From: Narcine bancroftii
Lineage: Eukaryota
Direction of reading: 5' to 3'
DNA length: 64,000 nucleotides
Assembly: GCF_036971445.1 (NCBI RefSeq)
Contig: NC_091474.1
Location: forward strand, 176,886,001 to 176,950,000
Shown here: positions 49,301-61,600 of the stretch, in pieces
Numbering within the stretch: position 1 is the first letter of the stretch
How the letters are laid out: each line of letters opens with the position of its first letter
Made by a program: the position numbers and the translations under genes
The notes under the pieces: generated by a model
Told to the model about the DNA's origin: nothing
Databases searched by the model: none
Seen by the model: the letters and a program-made list of their open reading frames with translations, nothing else

Positions 49301-52300
49301 TAACTGTCAGCTCAAAGGTTCTTCCTTGTAAGATAGTTTCAAGGACACCGTGCATAGGAGATGTGTGAATTTGGTGGTTGATTGTCTCATGACTAAGTAC
49401 CAATTTTTACCCATTATTTTAGAGATCCAATAACAACTAAATTTATCCTTGCTTTTAAGAGCCTTGTTATAGACAATTCCGCTGGCCTGGTGTTAAGGTT
49501 CTATTTTTTGATTTGGGTTTCCCTAGTTTATCTGAATTTTTTTTATTTGAAATGGAATACTTATGCAATGCAACTTAAAGGCTGAAATACCAACAAATCA
49601 TAAAATTATGTATAATTCTACATTCAGGAACATAAAACATTAATATCCCAAAATGAACAATGGTAAACTCTTTGTTAGTCATAATTAATAGCAAAGTAGT
49701 ACTTTCATTTTGAGTTAATAATCACGTAAACTTGCCTGACATTGATTTGAAGATGGAAGCCCTTCAATTACTTGGATAAAAACTAAGATATTGTCATCAG
49801 AATGCTGGCGAGGAAAGATAAACCCATTAAATGTCCCTAAACAGTTTTAAGAGGATATGTATAAGAGAGGGATGATAATAAGGATGTTGTACCATGGTGT
49901 TTAGCAGATATTGAAAGGCTCAATTGTCAAATAGAGAAAAGCAAAAACTGCAGATGCTGGAATGTTGAGCAGACAAATGTTGGAGAAATTCAATATCAGA
50001 TAGCATCCTTGGGTAGAAATGGTCAGTGAATACATGGAAAAGTGTTACTTAAATCTTCGGCCATTGATGGGTCAGTGATGAAACTTCGGCGAGGCACCTT
50101 TGACGGGTCAGCTAGAGCAGTAGTGAGGCCCAGTGGGAGCAGTGGTGGGAGCTGGACTTGGCGAGGTGAGGTCTGGCAGGAGCAGTGGCGTGGTGCCGGA
50201 CTCGGTGAGGTGAGGCCCGTGGGAATAGTGGTGAGGAGCACAACCCAGACGTCGTGAAGTCCAGTGGGAGCAGCGGCAAAGGGAAGTTCCATTTTTGATT
50301 TTTGATATTTAAACAATTAGAATAAGAATTAGAATTACCATTGCTGGTAATTTCATTATTTCCAGGAGCTCTGCTTGATTCCCATTAGGGAGCTGGGAAG
50401 GAATTTCTCAAAGTTTTCCCTGAAATTGGCCACAGGTTTTTTTTTGCCTCTTCCAGGAGTCATATTACCAGCATATTAGGGCAGAGAGTGGTAGTAATGC
50501 AAAAGGAACAGTGGAGATAAATAGAGAGAAATTAGGCCATTTCAGGTGAACCCTCGACCTTGAGGCCAGCGATTGGTGAGACTTGGTTGCAGGAGGGGTA
50601 GGGCTGGCAGTTCAATGTTCTAGGGTTCTCTTGTTTCAGGCATGATAGAGGGTATGAAACTGGGAGGAGTGGCATTGCTAGTCAGGGAAAATGTCACAGC
50701 TGTGCTCAGACAGTACAGCTCAGAGGCCATATGTGTGGAGCTGAGGAATGGGAAAAGTGTGACCATACTGATAGGGTTATATTATTTACTGCCCAATATT
50801 CAGAGCAAATTGGAGGAGCAAATCTGCATAGAGATAGCAGACCAATGTAATAAACAAAAAGTTGCGATAGTATGAGATTTTAAACTTTCCATGTATTGAC
50901 TGGGACTCCCATACTGTAAAAGGACTGGATGGCTTGGAGTTTGTCATTTGTGTTCAGGGATGTTTTCTAAATCAGTATATAGAGAGGATGCAATACTTGA
51001 TCTCCTATTAGGGAACCAGACTAGTCAGGTGTGGTTATACAACCATCAGGTGACAGAAGTATGGGTAGGTGAACATTTTGGGTTCAGTGATGATAATTTC
51101 ATTAGTTTCAAGTTAATTATGGACAAGAATAGGTCTGGTCTTCGATTTGAGATTCTAAATTGGAGAAAGGCTAATTTTGTGGAAATGAGAAAGGATCAAG
51201 GAGGAGTGAATTGGGATGAGTTGTTTTCTGGCGAAGATGTGCTTAGTAAGTGGAAGGCCTTCAAAGGCAAAAATATGAGAAAGCAGCGTTTGAATGATCC
51301 TGTCAGGATTAAAGGCAAAATTAACAGGCATAGGGAATCTTGGTTTTGAAGTGATATTGGTGATCTGGTGAAGACGAAGAGAGAGGTGTATAGCAGGTAT
51401 AGGCAACAAGGAGCAAATGAGGTACTAAAAGAATCTAGAAAATTTAAGAAAATACTTAAGAAGGAAATCAGGAAAGCAAAAAGAAGACATGAGGTTGCTT
51501 TGGCAGATAATGTGAAGGTAAACCCAAAGGGTTTCCACAAGCATGTTAAGAGTTAAAAGATAGTTTTAAAAAGTTGAAGACAGCTTTGAAGCAGAGAGAT
51601 TTTTGTCTTTTAATCAAATGAAAGAGAAGTTTCAAATCCCTTCGAATACTTTTCTCTTATTATCAGTTTAAAAATTTTTTATCGGAACAATTAGATCACA
51701 GTTTAAAATTACCTAGGCAGTCTTCTTTGGAATTATTACTTACTAAGGATGATTCAAGTACATTTATTTCTGAGATGTATAAGTTATTACAAAATAAAAT
51801 GCCAAATTAGATGTTCATAAATCAAGAGTGAAATGGGAATTGGATTTGAATTGAAAGTTTTTGGAGAAATTTGGATAGTATAACTCAGGTTATAAATGTA
51901 TGTTATAGATTGGTGCAGTATAATTTCTTACATCAATTGTATTTAACCTCTCAGTAATTGAAAAAAAAATTAACTTAGTTCTTCAGATTTGTGTTTTAAG
52001 TGTGGTCAAGAAATAGGTACTTTTTTTCATTCGACTTGGACTTGCCTCAAAGTTAAAAGTTTTTGATTACAAATTAAATTGTTTTTAGAACAGGTATTAA
52101 AAGTGAATTTACCTTTTGATCCATTTTTGTTTTTAGGATTGACATTGACTATGTATCAAATTGAATTTTTACATTTGGTTTTGGCTGTTTCTAAAAAAGA
52201 ATGTTTTAACTATTACATGGAAGTCTGATTTTGTTTTAAGCATGAAAAGATGCATAATGAAATGAAAGCTTGTGTTCCTTTAGAAAAAATTACATAGAAT

Positions 52301-52596
52301 TTGAAAGATAAATACTTTGTCTTTATTAAAATATGGATCCCATATTTTAAAGTTATTGGTATTAAAATTTGATCTCTTGATCTGCTTCAGTGGATGTCAC
52401 CACTTCCGCAGCCACGAAGTTTGAATATGATTGTATTCGCTGATGACCTCCTTTTTCTTTCTTTTGTAGGTGGGTGAGGAAGGAGGGAAGGTATTAGTGG
52501 GGTGGTTGGGGAGGTTGTTCTTTTTAATATATCTAATCACATCATGTACTGTAATCAATGTTATGTTAAGTGATTTCAAATTTTAAATAAAATATT

Positions 52597-54463
52597 CTTT
52601 CTTTGGCTTGGCTTCGCGGACGAAGATTTATGGAGGGGGTAAAAAGTCCACGACAGCTGCAGGCTCGTTTGTGGCTGACAAGTCCGATGCGGGACAGGCA
52701 GACACGATTGCAGCGGTTGCAGGGGAAAATTGGTTGGTTGGGGTTGGGTGTTGGGTTTTTCCTCCTTTGCCTTTTGTCAGTGAGGTGGGCTCTGCGGTCT
52801 TCTTCAAAGGAGGTTGCTGCCCGCCAAACTGTGAGGCGCCAAGATGCACGGTTTGAGGCGTTATCAGCCCACTGGCGGTGGTCAATGTGGCAGGCACCAA
52901 GAGATTTCTTTAGGCAGTCCTTGTACCTTTTCTTTGGTGCACCTCTGTCACGGTGGCCAGTGGAGAGCTCGCCATATAACACGATCTTGGGAAGGCGATG
53001 GTCCTCCATTCTGGAGACGTGACCCATCCAGCGCAGCTGGATCTTCAGCAGCGTGGACTCGATGCTGTCGACCTCTGCCATCTCGAGTACTTCGACGTTA
53101 GGGGTGTAAGCGCTCCAATAGATGTTGAGGATGGAGCGGAGACAACGCTGGTGGAAGCGTTCTAGGAGCTGTAGGTGGTGCCGGTAGAGGACCCATGATT
53201 CGGAGCCGAACAGGAGTGTGGGTATGACAACGGCTCTGTATACGCTTATCTTTGTGAGGTTTTTCAGTTGGTTGTTTTTCCAGACTCTTTTGTGTAGTCT
53301 TCCAAAGGCGCTATTTGCCTTGGCGAGTCTGTTGTCTATCTCATTGTCGATCCTTGCATCTGATGAAATGGTGCAGCCGAGATAGGTAAACTGGTTGACC
53401 GTTTTGAGTTTTGTGTGCCCGATGGAGATGTTGGGGGGCTGGTAATCATGGTGGGGAGCTGGCTGATGGAGGACCTCAGTTTTCTTCAGGCTGACTTCCA
53501 GGCCAAACATTTTGGCAGTTTCCGCAAAGCAGGACGTCAAGCGCTGAAGAGCTGGCTCTGAATGGGCAACTAAAGCGGCATCGTCTGCAAAGAGTAGTTC
53601 ACGGACAAGTTTCTCTTGTGTCTTGGTGTGAGCTTGCAGGCGCCTCAGATTGAAGAGACTGCCATCCGTGCGGTACCGGATGTAAACAGCGTCTTCATTG
53701 TTGGGGTCTTTCATGGCTTGGTTCAGCATCATGCTGAAGAAGATTGAAAAGAGGGTTGGTGCGAGAACACAGCCTTGCTTCACGCCATTGTTAATGGAGA
53801 AGGGTTCAGAGAGCTCATTGCTGTATCTGACCCGACCTTGTTGGTTTTCATGCAGTTGGATAATCATGTTGAGGAACTTTGGGGGACATCCGATGAGCTC
53901 TAGTATTTGCCAAAGCCCTTTCCTGCTCACGGTGTCGAAGGCTTTGGTGAGGTCAACAAAGGTGATGTAGAGTCCTTTGTTTTGTTCTCTGCACTTTTCT
54001 TGGAGCTGTCTGAGGGCAAAGACCATGTCAGTAGTTCCTCTGTTTGCGCGAAAGCCGCACTGTGATTCTGGGAGAATATTCTCGGCGACACTAGGTATTA
54101 TTCTATTTAGTAGAATCCTAGCGAAGATTTTGCCTGCAATGGAGAGCAACGTGATTCCCCTGTAGTTTGAGCAGTCTGATTTCTCGCCTTTGTGTTTGTA
54201 CAGGGTGATGATGGTGGCATCACGAAGATCCTGAGGCAGTTTACCTTGATCCCAACAAAGCTTGAAAAACTCATGCAGTTTGGCATGCAGAGTTTTGCCG
54301 CCAGCCTTCCAGACTTCTGGGGGGATTCCATCCATACCTGCTGCTTTGCCACTTTTCAGTTGTTCGATTGCCTTATATGTCTCATCCAGGGTGGGAACCT
54401 CATCCAGCTCTAGCCTTAGGGGCTGTTGAGGGAGCTGGAGCAGGGCGGAATCTTGGATCCAAG
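52597..54463 (-). mobile_element. Young RTE copy 3 (1.87 kb, 5'-truncated) inserted in the L1 tail
   Basis: Perfect 11-bp TSD aataaaatatt (52586-52596 / 54464-54474); tail ctttctttggcttggc. Confidence 0.95.
52653..54458 (-). CDS. RTE reverse transcriptase, uninterrupted ~600-codon frame, lacking the endonuclease and start codon
   Basis: GKAAGMDGIPPE, NYRGITLL, QCGFR, FVDLTKAFD, GVKQGCVLAP, LFADD, FTYLG and a C-terminal CxxC..H..C; the native TGA is TGT in this copy. Confidence 0.9.
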
Positions 54464-55753
54464 AATAAAATATTAAACAAAGAGTAAAAGGATAGTAAAG
54501 GACAAAATTGGTCCCCTGGCAGATCAGAGTAGTCATTATGTGTGGAGCCTCGAGATGGGGGAAGATCTTGAACAGTTTTTATTTTGCATCAACATTTACT
54601 CAGGAAACTAGCATAATATATAAGGAAGAAAGGTAAACAAGCAGTAGTTGCATGGAACATATAGTGATAAAAGAGGAGGAAGTGCTTGCTGTTTTAAAGC
54701 AAATAAGGGTGGATATTCCCTTAGAGCTTGAGGTAGACTAGTGTAGAAATTGCAGGGTCCCTTGCAGAAATATTTTAATTGTCCTGAGCTGTGGGTGAGA
54801 TGCCTGAGGATCTGAGGGTAGCTCATGTTGTTCTGTTGTTTTAAAAAAAAGGCTCCAAAAATAAACTAGAAAATTATAGGCTGGTGACCCTGTCATCAGT
54901 AGTAGGTAAATTATTGAAGGATGTCCTGAAATATCGGATTTACAAGTATTTGGACAACCAAGGGCTGATTAAGGATAGTCAACATGGATTCGTGTGTTGT
55001 AGGCCGTGTTTAACAAATCTTATAGTTTTTTTTCAGGAAGTTACCAAGAAAGTAGATGAAGAAAAGTCTGTGGATGTTTTGTCGAGGTGGACTTTAATAA
55101 GCCCTTTGACGAGGTCTCACATGGGAGGTTAGTTCAGAAGGTTCAGACACTAATTATCAATGGAGAAGTTGTAAACTGGATATGAAATTGGCTTAATGGG
55201 GGAAGACAGAGTGGTAGTATGATTGCTTCTCAGACTGGAGGATTAGTGATGTACTTCAGGATTCAGTGTTGGGAGCATTTTTTTTTGTTGTCTATATCAA
55301 TGATTTGGATGATAATGTGGTAAACTGAATCAGCAAGTTTGCTGATGACACTAAGACTGGAGGTGTGGTGGACATTAAAGAAGCTGTCAAAGCTTGCAGA
55401 GGGATCTGGGCCAGCTTAAAAATGGGCAAGTGAATGGCAGATGGAATTTAATGCAGACAAGTGTGAAGTATTGCATTTTGGAAGGACAAACCAAAGTAGG
55501 ACATACAGAGTAAATGGTAGGGCGCTGAGGAATGTGGAGGAACAAAGGGGTCTGAGAATGCAGATACATAATTCTCTGAAAGTGGTGTCACAGGTAGACA
55601 GGGTTGTAAAGAAAGCTTTTGGCATCTTGGCCTTCATAAATCAAAGTTTATATTTTCAATACTTTTATTGGATTTTGAAGAAATACTACATAAATAGAGC
55701 CATTAATTCAAGGTAATATATATATTAAAAAAATACACACAAAAAAAGTTATA

Positions 55754-56251
55754 CACATACTCCCTGACTTGCAACCTGTGTTAAAAATATAAAGAAAAAT
55801 ATTAAATTTACGTTATTTATGTTGTATTTGACAAACTATAACAGGGATAGAGAACATGTAAGAGCCAAAATGTGCGTACTTACCTTGTTAGTTGGCATCC
55901 CGTAGACTAGGCACAGCCACCTTGATTCCTGTGTGCATGAGCGAGTCTTCACTTGGCGTATACACAACTTGCATATTGGAGTTTAGTAGGTGCACGTGCA
56001 AGAGTTAAGGCCGCAAACTCAATATTGTTAGGGCGCTTAACTCTCATGCAGGCACCAACCGAACTCCAATATGCGAACCCACTGTGCATGCGGTAATCAA
56101 AGACTCGCGCATGTGCACAAAATTCAAGATGCCACACCTAGCCTACAGATCCTGGGATACTGACTAACAAGGTAAGTATATATATTTTGGCTCTTACCTG
56201 CCCTGGATCCCTGTTATAGTTTGTCATATACAACATAAACCACATAAATCT

Positions 56252-56286
<35 letters not shown>

Positions 56287-56385
56287 TATTTTTTTTAACA
56301 AATGTACTCAAATCTGACATACGTCCATTTCGAGATGCAACCAATCCTTCGATCTGAATTATTGTTGTAAGTCGGGGAGTACCTG
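55754..56385. mobile_element. Tigger/pogo-like MITE with a ~520-bp internal palindrome, in the L1 3' UTR
   Basis: TA|cacatactccctgacttgcaac ... gttgtaagtcggggagtacctg|TA; arms ~55779-56010 and ~56035-56300 are reverse complements; (TA)n expansion in the right arm. Confidence 0.85.
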
Positions 56386-57863
56386 TATAAACTCAGTCAA
56401 ACAGAGCAAAAAGAAATTAATAAACACAAACAATTATGACATATGGCTAATTGAAAAAAAAGATTTTTTAAAAAGTAAATAGTATACTATTCTACAAATT
56501 CTACCCCCCACCCTTCTGAAGTTAACTGGTAAGTACATATAATTTCACTTACCATTAAAAGAAACCACAAACTCACAAAATAATACTAAGTGATCTTATA
56601 AATTACAAAAATAATTAATAAAAGGACCCCATAAATTTAGAAAATTTAAATCCATTACAAGGTGGGACAGCATCTTTCCATCTCATCAATATTGAACATC
56701 TAGGAGGCAAAAGAGACTACATGGGATTGAGACATAGTTAAATTCAAATCAGTTGTCTTAGTTGATCCGAAAAGGGCAATTATAGGATTAAGTATTAGAT
56801 TCACATTGAGAACTAAAGATAAGGTACAAAAGATATCTTCCCAAAAATTGAAAGAGAGGAACAAGATCAAAACATATGTAACAAAGTACCTTCTTCAGTC
56901 TTACACCTGTCACGTTTTAAGGAAATGCTAGAGTAAAATTTAGCCAATTGAACTTTAGAAAAGTAAGTTTGATGTACTCCCTTAAATTGTAAAAGCGAAT
57001 GTTGGACACACAAAGAAGATGAATTTACCAATTTTAAGATAGAATCCCATGTAGTATCTGAAAATGAAAGTTGAAGATCTTGCTCCCATAATTTTTAAAT
57101 CTTAACTAGAGATTAATCCTAAGGTTTTAATAATAAATCATATATAGCTGATATCATTTTTTTAAAATTCAGTTTTTAGTTATTTTCTTTCTCACAAGAT
57201 ACTGAGGAAGGACTCAACACTATAGGTTTCAAAAAACTTCTATTTTGTAGGTATCTAAAAAAAATGATGTTTGGGTAGTTTAAACTTAAGAGATAGTTTT
57301 TCAAACGAGGCTAAATTATTATCAATAATAAGGCTTGAAAAGATTGGATACCAACTTAAGCCATTCATGAAAAACAGATTCTTGCACAGAAGGTGGGAAA
57401 AAAAATTAAGTAATACAGGGGTAGCAAATAAAATATGTAAAGTTCCCAGCCTTGGTGGTCTTCCAGCTGAATTTTATAAAACTTTCTTGCAGTCATTGGC
57501 ACCCCATTTAAATTCAGTTCTTTCTGAATCTTTTACTTTTGGGAAATTACATACTACTTTCTATGAAGCCTCAATTTCACATCCCCAGAAAGAATAAAGA
57601 CTTACCTATTTGCTCTTCTTATGAGCCAATCTCTCTTTTGAATGCTGATTCTCTGTCTAAAATATTGACCTGAAGGAGGAAAACTTTATGCCTCTCATTA
57701 CTGTATTCCTGAAGATCAAACTGAGTTTATTAAAGGACATTTTTCACAATTTAATATTCATCATTTATTAAATGTTCTTTACTCTTCTCCTGTTTCAACT
57801 TCTGAGTATGGTATCTCATTAGATGCTGAAAAAGGCTTTTGATAGGGTAGTAAGGGACTATTT

Positions 57864-58667
57864 TACCTATCTCGGCTGCACCATTTCATCAGATGCAAGG
57901 ATCGACAATGAGATAGACAACAGACTCGCCAAGGCAAATAGCGCCTTTGGAAGACTACACAAAAGAGTCTGGAAAAACAACCAACTGAAAAACCTCACAA
58001 AGATAAGCGTATACAGAGCCATTGTCATACCCACACTCCTGTTCGGCTCCGAATCATGGGTCCTCTACCGGCACCACCTACGGCTCCTAGAACGCTTCCA
58101 CCAGCGTTGTCTCCGCTCCATCCTCAACATCTATTGGAGCGCTTACACCCCTAACGTCGAAGTACTCGAGATGGCAGAGGTCGACAGCATCGAGTCCACG
58201 CTGCTGAAGATCCAGCTGCGCTGGATGGGTCACATCTCCAGAATGGAGGACCATCGCCTTCCCAAGATCGTGTTATATGGCGAGCTCTCCACTGGCCACC
58301 GTGACAGAGGTGCACCAAAGAAAAGGTACAAGGACTGCCTAAAGAAATCTCTTGGTGCCTGCCACATTGACCACCGCCAGTGGGCTGATAACGCCTCAAA
58401 CCGTGCATCTTGGCGCCTCACAGTTTGGCGGGCAGCAACCTCCTTTGAAGAAGACCGCAGAGCCCACCTCACTGACAAAAGGCAAAGGAGGAAAAACCCA
58501 TCACCCAACCCCAACCAACCAATTTTCCCTTGCAACCGCTACAATCGTGTCTGCCTGTCCCGCATCGGACTTGTCAGCCACAAACGAGCCTGCAGCTGAC
58601 GTGGACTTTTTACCCCCTCCATAAATCTTCGTCCGCGAAGCCAAGCCAAAGAAGAAAGAAAGAAAAG
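57864..58667 (+). mobile_element. Young RTE copy 4 inserted in the L1 RT
   Basis: Perfect 12-bp TSD aagggactattt (57852-57863 / 58668-58679); near-identical to copy 3; tail aagaagaaagaaagaaaag. Confidence 0.95.
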
Positions 58668-61600
58668 AAGGGACTATTTATTTAAGGTACTAGAAAAATT
58701 CAATGTTGGTTCTAAATTTATTAATTGGATTAAATTGATATATTTATCTCCTTTTCCCTCAATTTTTACCAACTTTTTAAAATCCAAACCCTTTCATCTT
58801 CACCGTGGAAGATGGTTGTTTTCTTAGCCCAATAGTAATTAATTTGGCATTAAATCCATAAGCACTGGCCTTTTGGCAATCTAATTACATCTATGGTTTC
58901 TTAAGAGGTAGAAGTGATCATAAAGGTCTCTTTATATGCTGATGATGATCTGTTGTATATTTCGGACCTTGATTGTTCAATCCCATCCATTTTGTCACTC
59001 CAGCACCAATTTGGCCAAGTTTCAGGTTATAAATTGAATCTTCAGAAAAGTGAGTTGTTTGTATTGAAGTCTTCTAACTCTCTAGATACTGCCCTTCCCT
59101 TTAAATATCTAAAAGTCAATTTAATTATTTAGGTGTTGGTATTACTAAAAATTATAATGATTGGTTTGAAGAGAATTTTCTTACTTGAATGAATTATGTT
59201 AAGAAGCCTTTAGCTCAGTGGTCTCCTCTTTCAATGTCCTTAATTGGATAAATTAATATAATTAAGATGAATATCCTACCCAAGTTTTTATATATTTTCC
59301 AAACTGTTCCTGTTTGTGTTCCCAAAACTTTTTTGATTGACTTGAACTAAATTATTTCCTCATCTTTGCAAAAATAGGTGTCCTCATCTTAGTAAAGTTT
59401 TCCTTCAAAACCTTTAAAAGAAAAGGGGTTTGGCTGTATCTTTTTTTTTTAGATTTTATTATTATTATTAAATGTATCTTTTTTTTAAATTCATTAAAAG
59501 GACAGAATGGATGCTCCAAATTAGATTAATTTGGAACTTAATTCTACTAGATAAATTCTCTTATTTCAATACTTGGAATGCGATTACATTTTTTCTGCTT
59601 CCAAATTAACTGATCATTTTGTTTTGAAGCATGCTTTGAGAACTTGGTTTCAATTTATAAATCAAAGTATTGAGTATAGGAGTTGGGATATTATAATGAG
59701 TTTGTATAAAACATTGCTGAGGCCAAATTTGGATTATTTTGTGAAGTTCTAGTTGCCTAACGACAGGAAGGATATCAGTAAAATTGAAGGAGTGCAGAGA
59801 AGATTTATTAGGATGTTGCCAGGTCTTCAGGAGTTGAGTTACAGGGAAAGATTAAACAGGTTAAGACTTTATTCCTAGGAGCGTAGAAGAATGAGGGGAG
59901 ATTTGATAGAGGTTTACAAAATTATGAAGGGTATAGACAGAGTAAATGTGAGTAATTCTTTCCACAGATTAGGACAGATAAATATGAGAGAACATGGCTT
60001 TAAGGTGAAAGGGGAAAGGTTTAGGGAACATTAGGGGGAACTTCTTCACTCAGAGAGTGGTGGGAATGTGGAACGAGCTGCCATCTGTCCTGGTAAATAT
60101 GGGCTCAATCTTTTGTTTTAAGAATAAATTGGATAGATACATGAATCAGAGAGGTCTGGAGGATTACAGAATAGGTTCAGGGCAGTTGGACTACCAGAAT
60201 GATATTTTGGCACAGACTAGAAAGACCAAATGGCCTATTTTCTGTGCTGTATTGTTCTATGGCTTCCTATGTTTACAAATCTTGGTAACTTCCCACATTT
60301 TTTCTCTGCAAATGCTGCATGGAGCTTAATTGCTCACCCTAGTAAGTAAACATTTAAACAGCTATCTACTAACTCTGATTGTATTTACTCTTCTTTTGGT
60401 TGAGGGAAATATTTTTGCCAAAAATTATCTTGAAGATATTTACAAAATTCAGTAACATTTTGTTGTGGGTAAATCTGAAATTGCAAAGAAATTAAAATGA
60501 AATATTTTATCAAAACCATTCAGACTTTATTTCGTGTTGTAATTTTTCCTTTGGAACATCCTACCACTTCATAGCTGACGTTGGGGTTGGGGTAACAAAT
60601 TGGATTATCCAGAGAACTGGGTTATTGATGCAGCTTCTCTGCCTCTGATGCCATAACATGGCAACTCTTTGCTAACCTTGGAATAGCACGCAGAAGAAAG
60701 CTTTCCACTGAATCTTGGTGCACGTGGAAATAATAAATAAATCTAAATTGAAATCTAAATCTAAGGTCAAAGAGTTTGAATTCCATCAGAGTAGTGAGAG
60801 AATTTAAATGCAGGTAATTAAATTGTGTTCTGGAAACTACTAGATCCTTGTAAAAACCCAGCTGTGAAACACACAACCATTAAATTTCTATAATATTCCA
60901 GCTTTTACAGGAAATCTCCAAGCCACTGTCTAATTTGATTTTGCTCAATTCCTGAAGAGCTTGCTGCTGAGCACTGTAGAACTGGTGTTAAAAACTAGTT
61001 TTTGTTGAGGCATTTTATTAGAGGTAAAACAGACTGAAATTTAGCTGAGTTTCACTGATCACTTGGAATAAAGCTAGGTCTCCAATCACATCATAGTAGT
61101 TTAAAGTGGGTGAGAATAGTGATCCATCAAGCATGGACACAACATGCATTAATCAACCATCGCACAAGATCTTAAACTTCTGCATAGCTCTTGGCTAGTG
61201 TTTGTTGGCATGCATAAGATTCAGTTTGTGGGCTCGCAATTTTTACACAATGAGAAGGTGAGCAAGGAGAACACTTGTTTTATATAACTAGATGAAAATA
61301 ATACAGTTGATTGTATGAGATAATTCATTAATGGCTTGCATTTTGCAAACTGGGTCAGCTGATGAAAGCTGAGCTTCCTTTGCTTTTGTTAAATGCTGAA
61401 CTTAATGAACTTCTGTACCTTTCGATTGGAGTTCAGATGCATTAGGAATGCAGCTGTTTGTGGCACAGCAACTAATTCCGATCAATCCTCCGGGGAATGC
61501 CTGCAGAATGCTGTACAGTGGCTTAGTTACTTTTAAATGATTACTTTAGTTAATGCTGGGTACAGCAGCAGATCTTTCGAGCAATTGATACAACACGGTG

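Larger units (their letters stand above)
51565..54479 (+). mobile_element. L1 3' fragment (51565-52596 plus tail remnant to 54479) inserted in CR1
   Basis: RLVQYNFLHQLYLT..CFKCGQEIGTFFHSTWTC (L1 CCHC); G-rich 3' UTR and aataaa; 17-bp TSD aagagttaaaagatagt (51548-51564) / aagagtaaaaggatagt (54480-54496). Confidence 0.85.
55648..59656 (-). mobile_element. L1 with an inverted 5' segment (3' part minus 55648-~57440; RT part plus ~57441-59656)
   Basis: Perfect 12-bp TSD ataaatcaaagt (55636-55647 / 59657-59668); minus part has a polyA signal and QFKGVH..DRCK..LLHMF*SC; plus part has GLPAEFYKTF, SLDAEKAFDRV, KVSLYADD, SGYKLNLQKSE, KMNILPKFLYIFQ, LRTWFQF. Confidence 0.88.
50530..60272 (+). mobile_element. 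Near-complete CR1 ORF2 in three pieces (50530-51564, 54480-55647, 59657-60272), host of the TE nest
   Basis: Endonuclease (ETWLQ, GGVALLV, AILDLLLGN, FSDDN), RT (NYRLVTLSSVVGKLL, QHGF, KFADDTK, MEFNADKCEVLHFG) and 3' tail ttctatgg; the sequence is continuous across both TSD-bounded L1 insertions. Confidence 0.9.

Noticed and set aside
57823-58599. 258-aa ORF fusing L1 KAFDRV to the RTE C-terminus
   Set aside because: Created by the RTE insertion into a dead L1; the upstream L1 frame is broken and the catalytic motifs are missing
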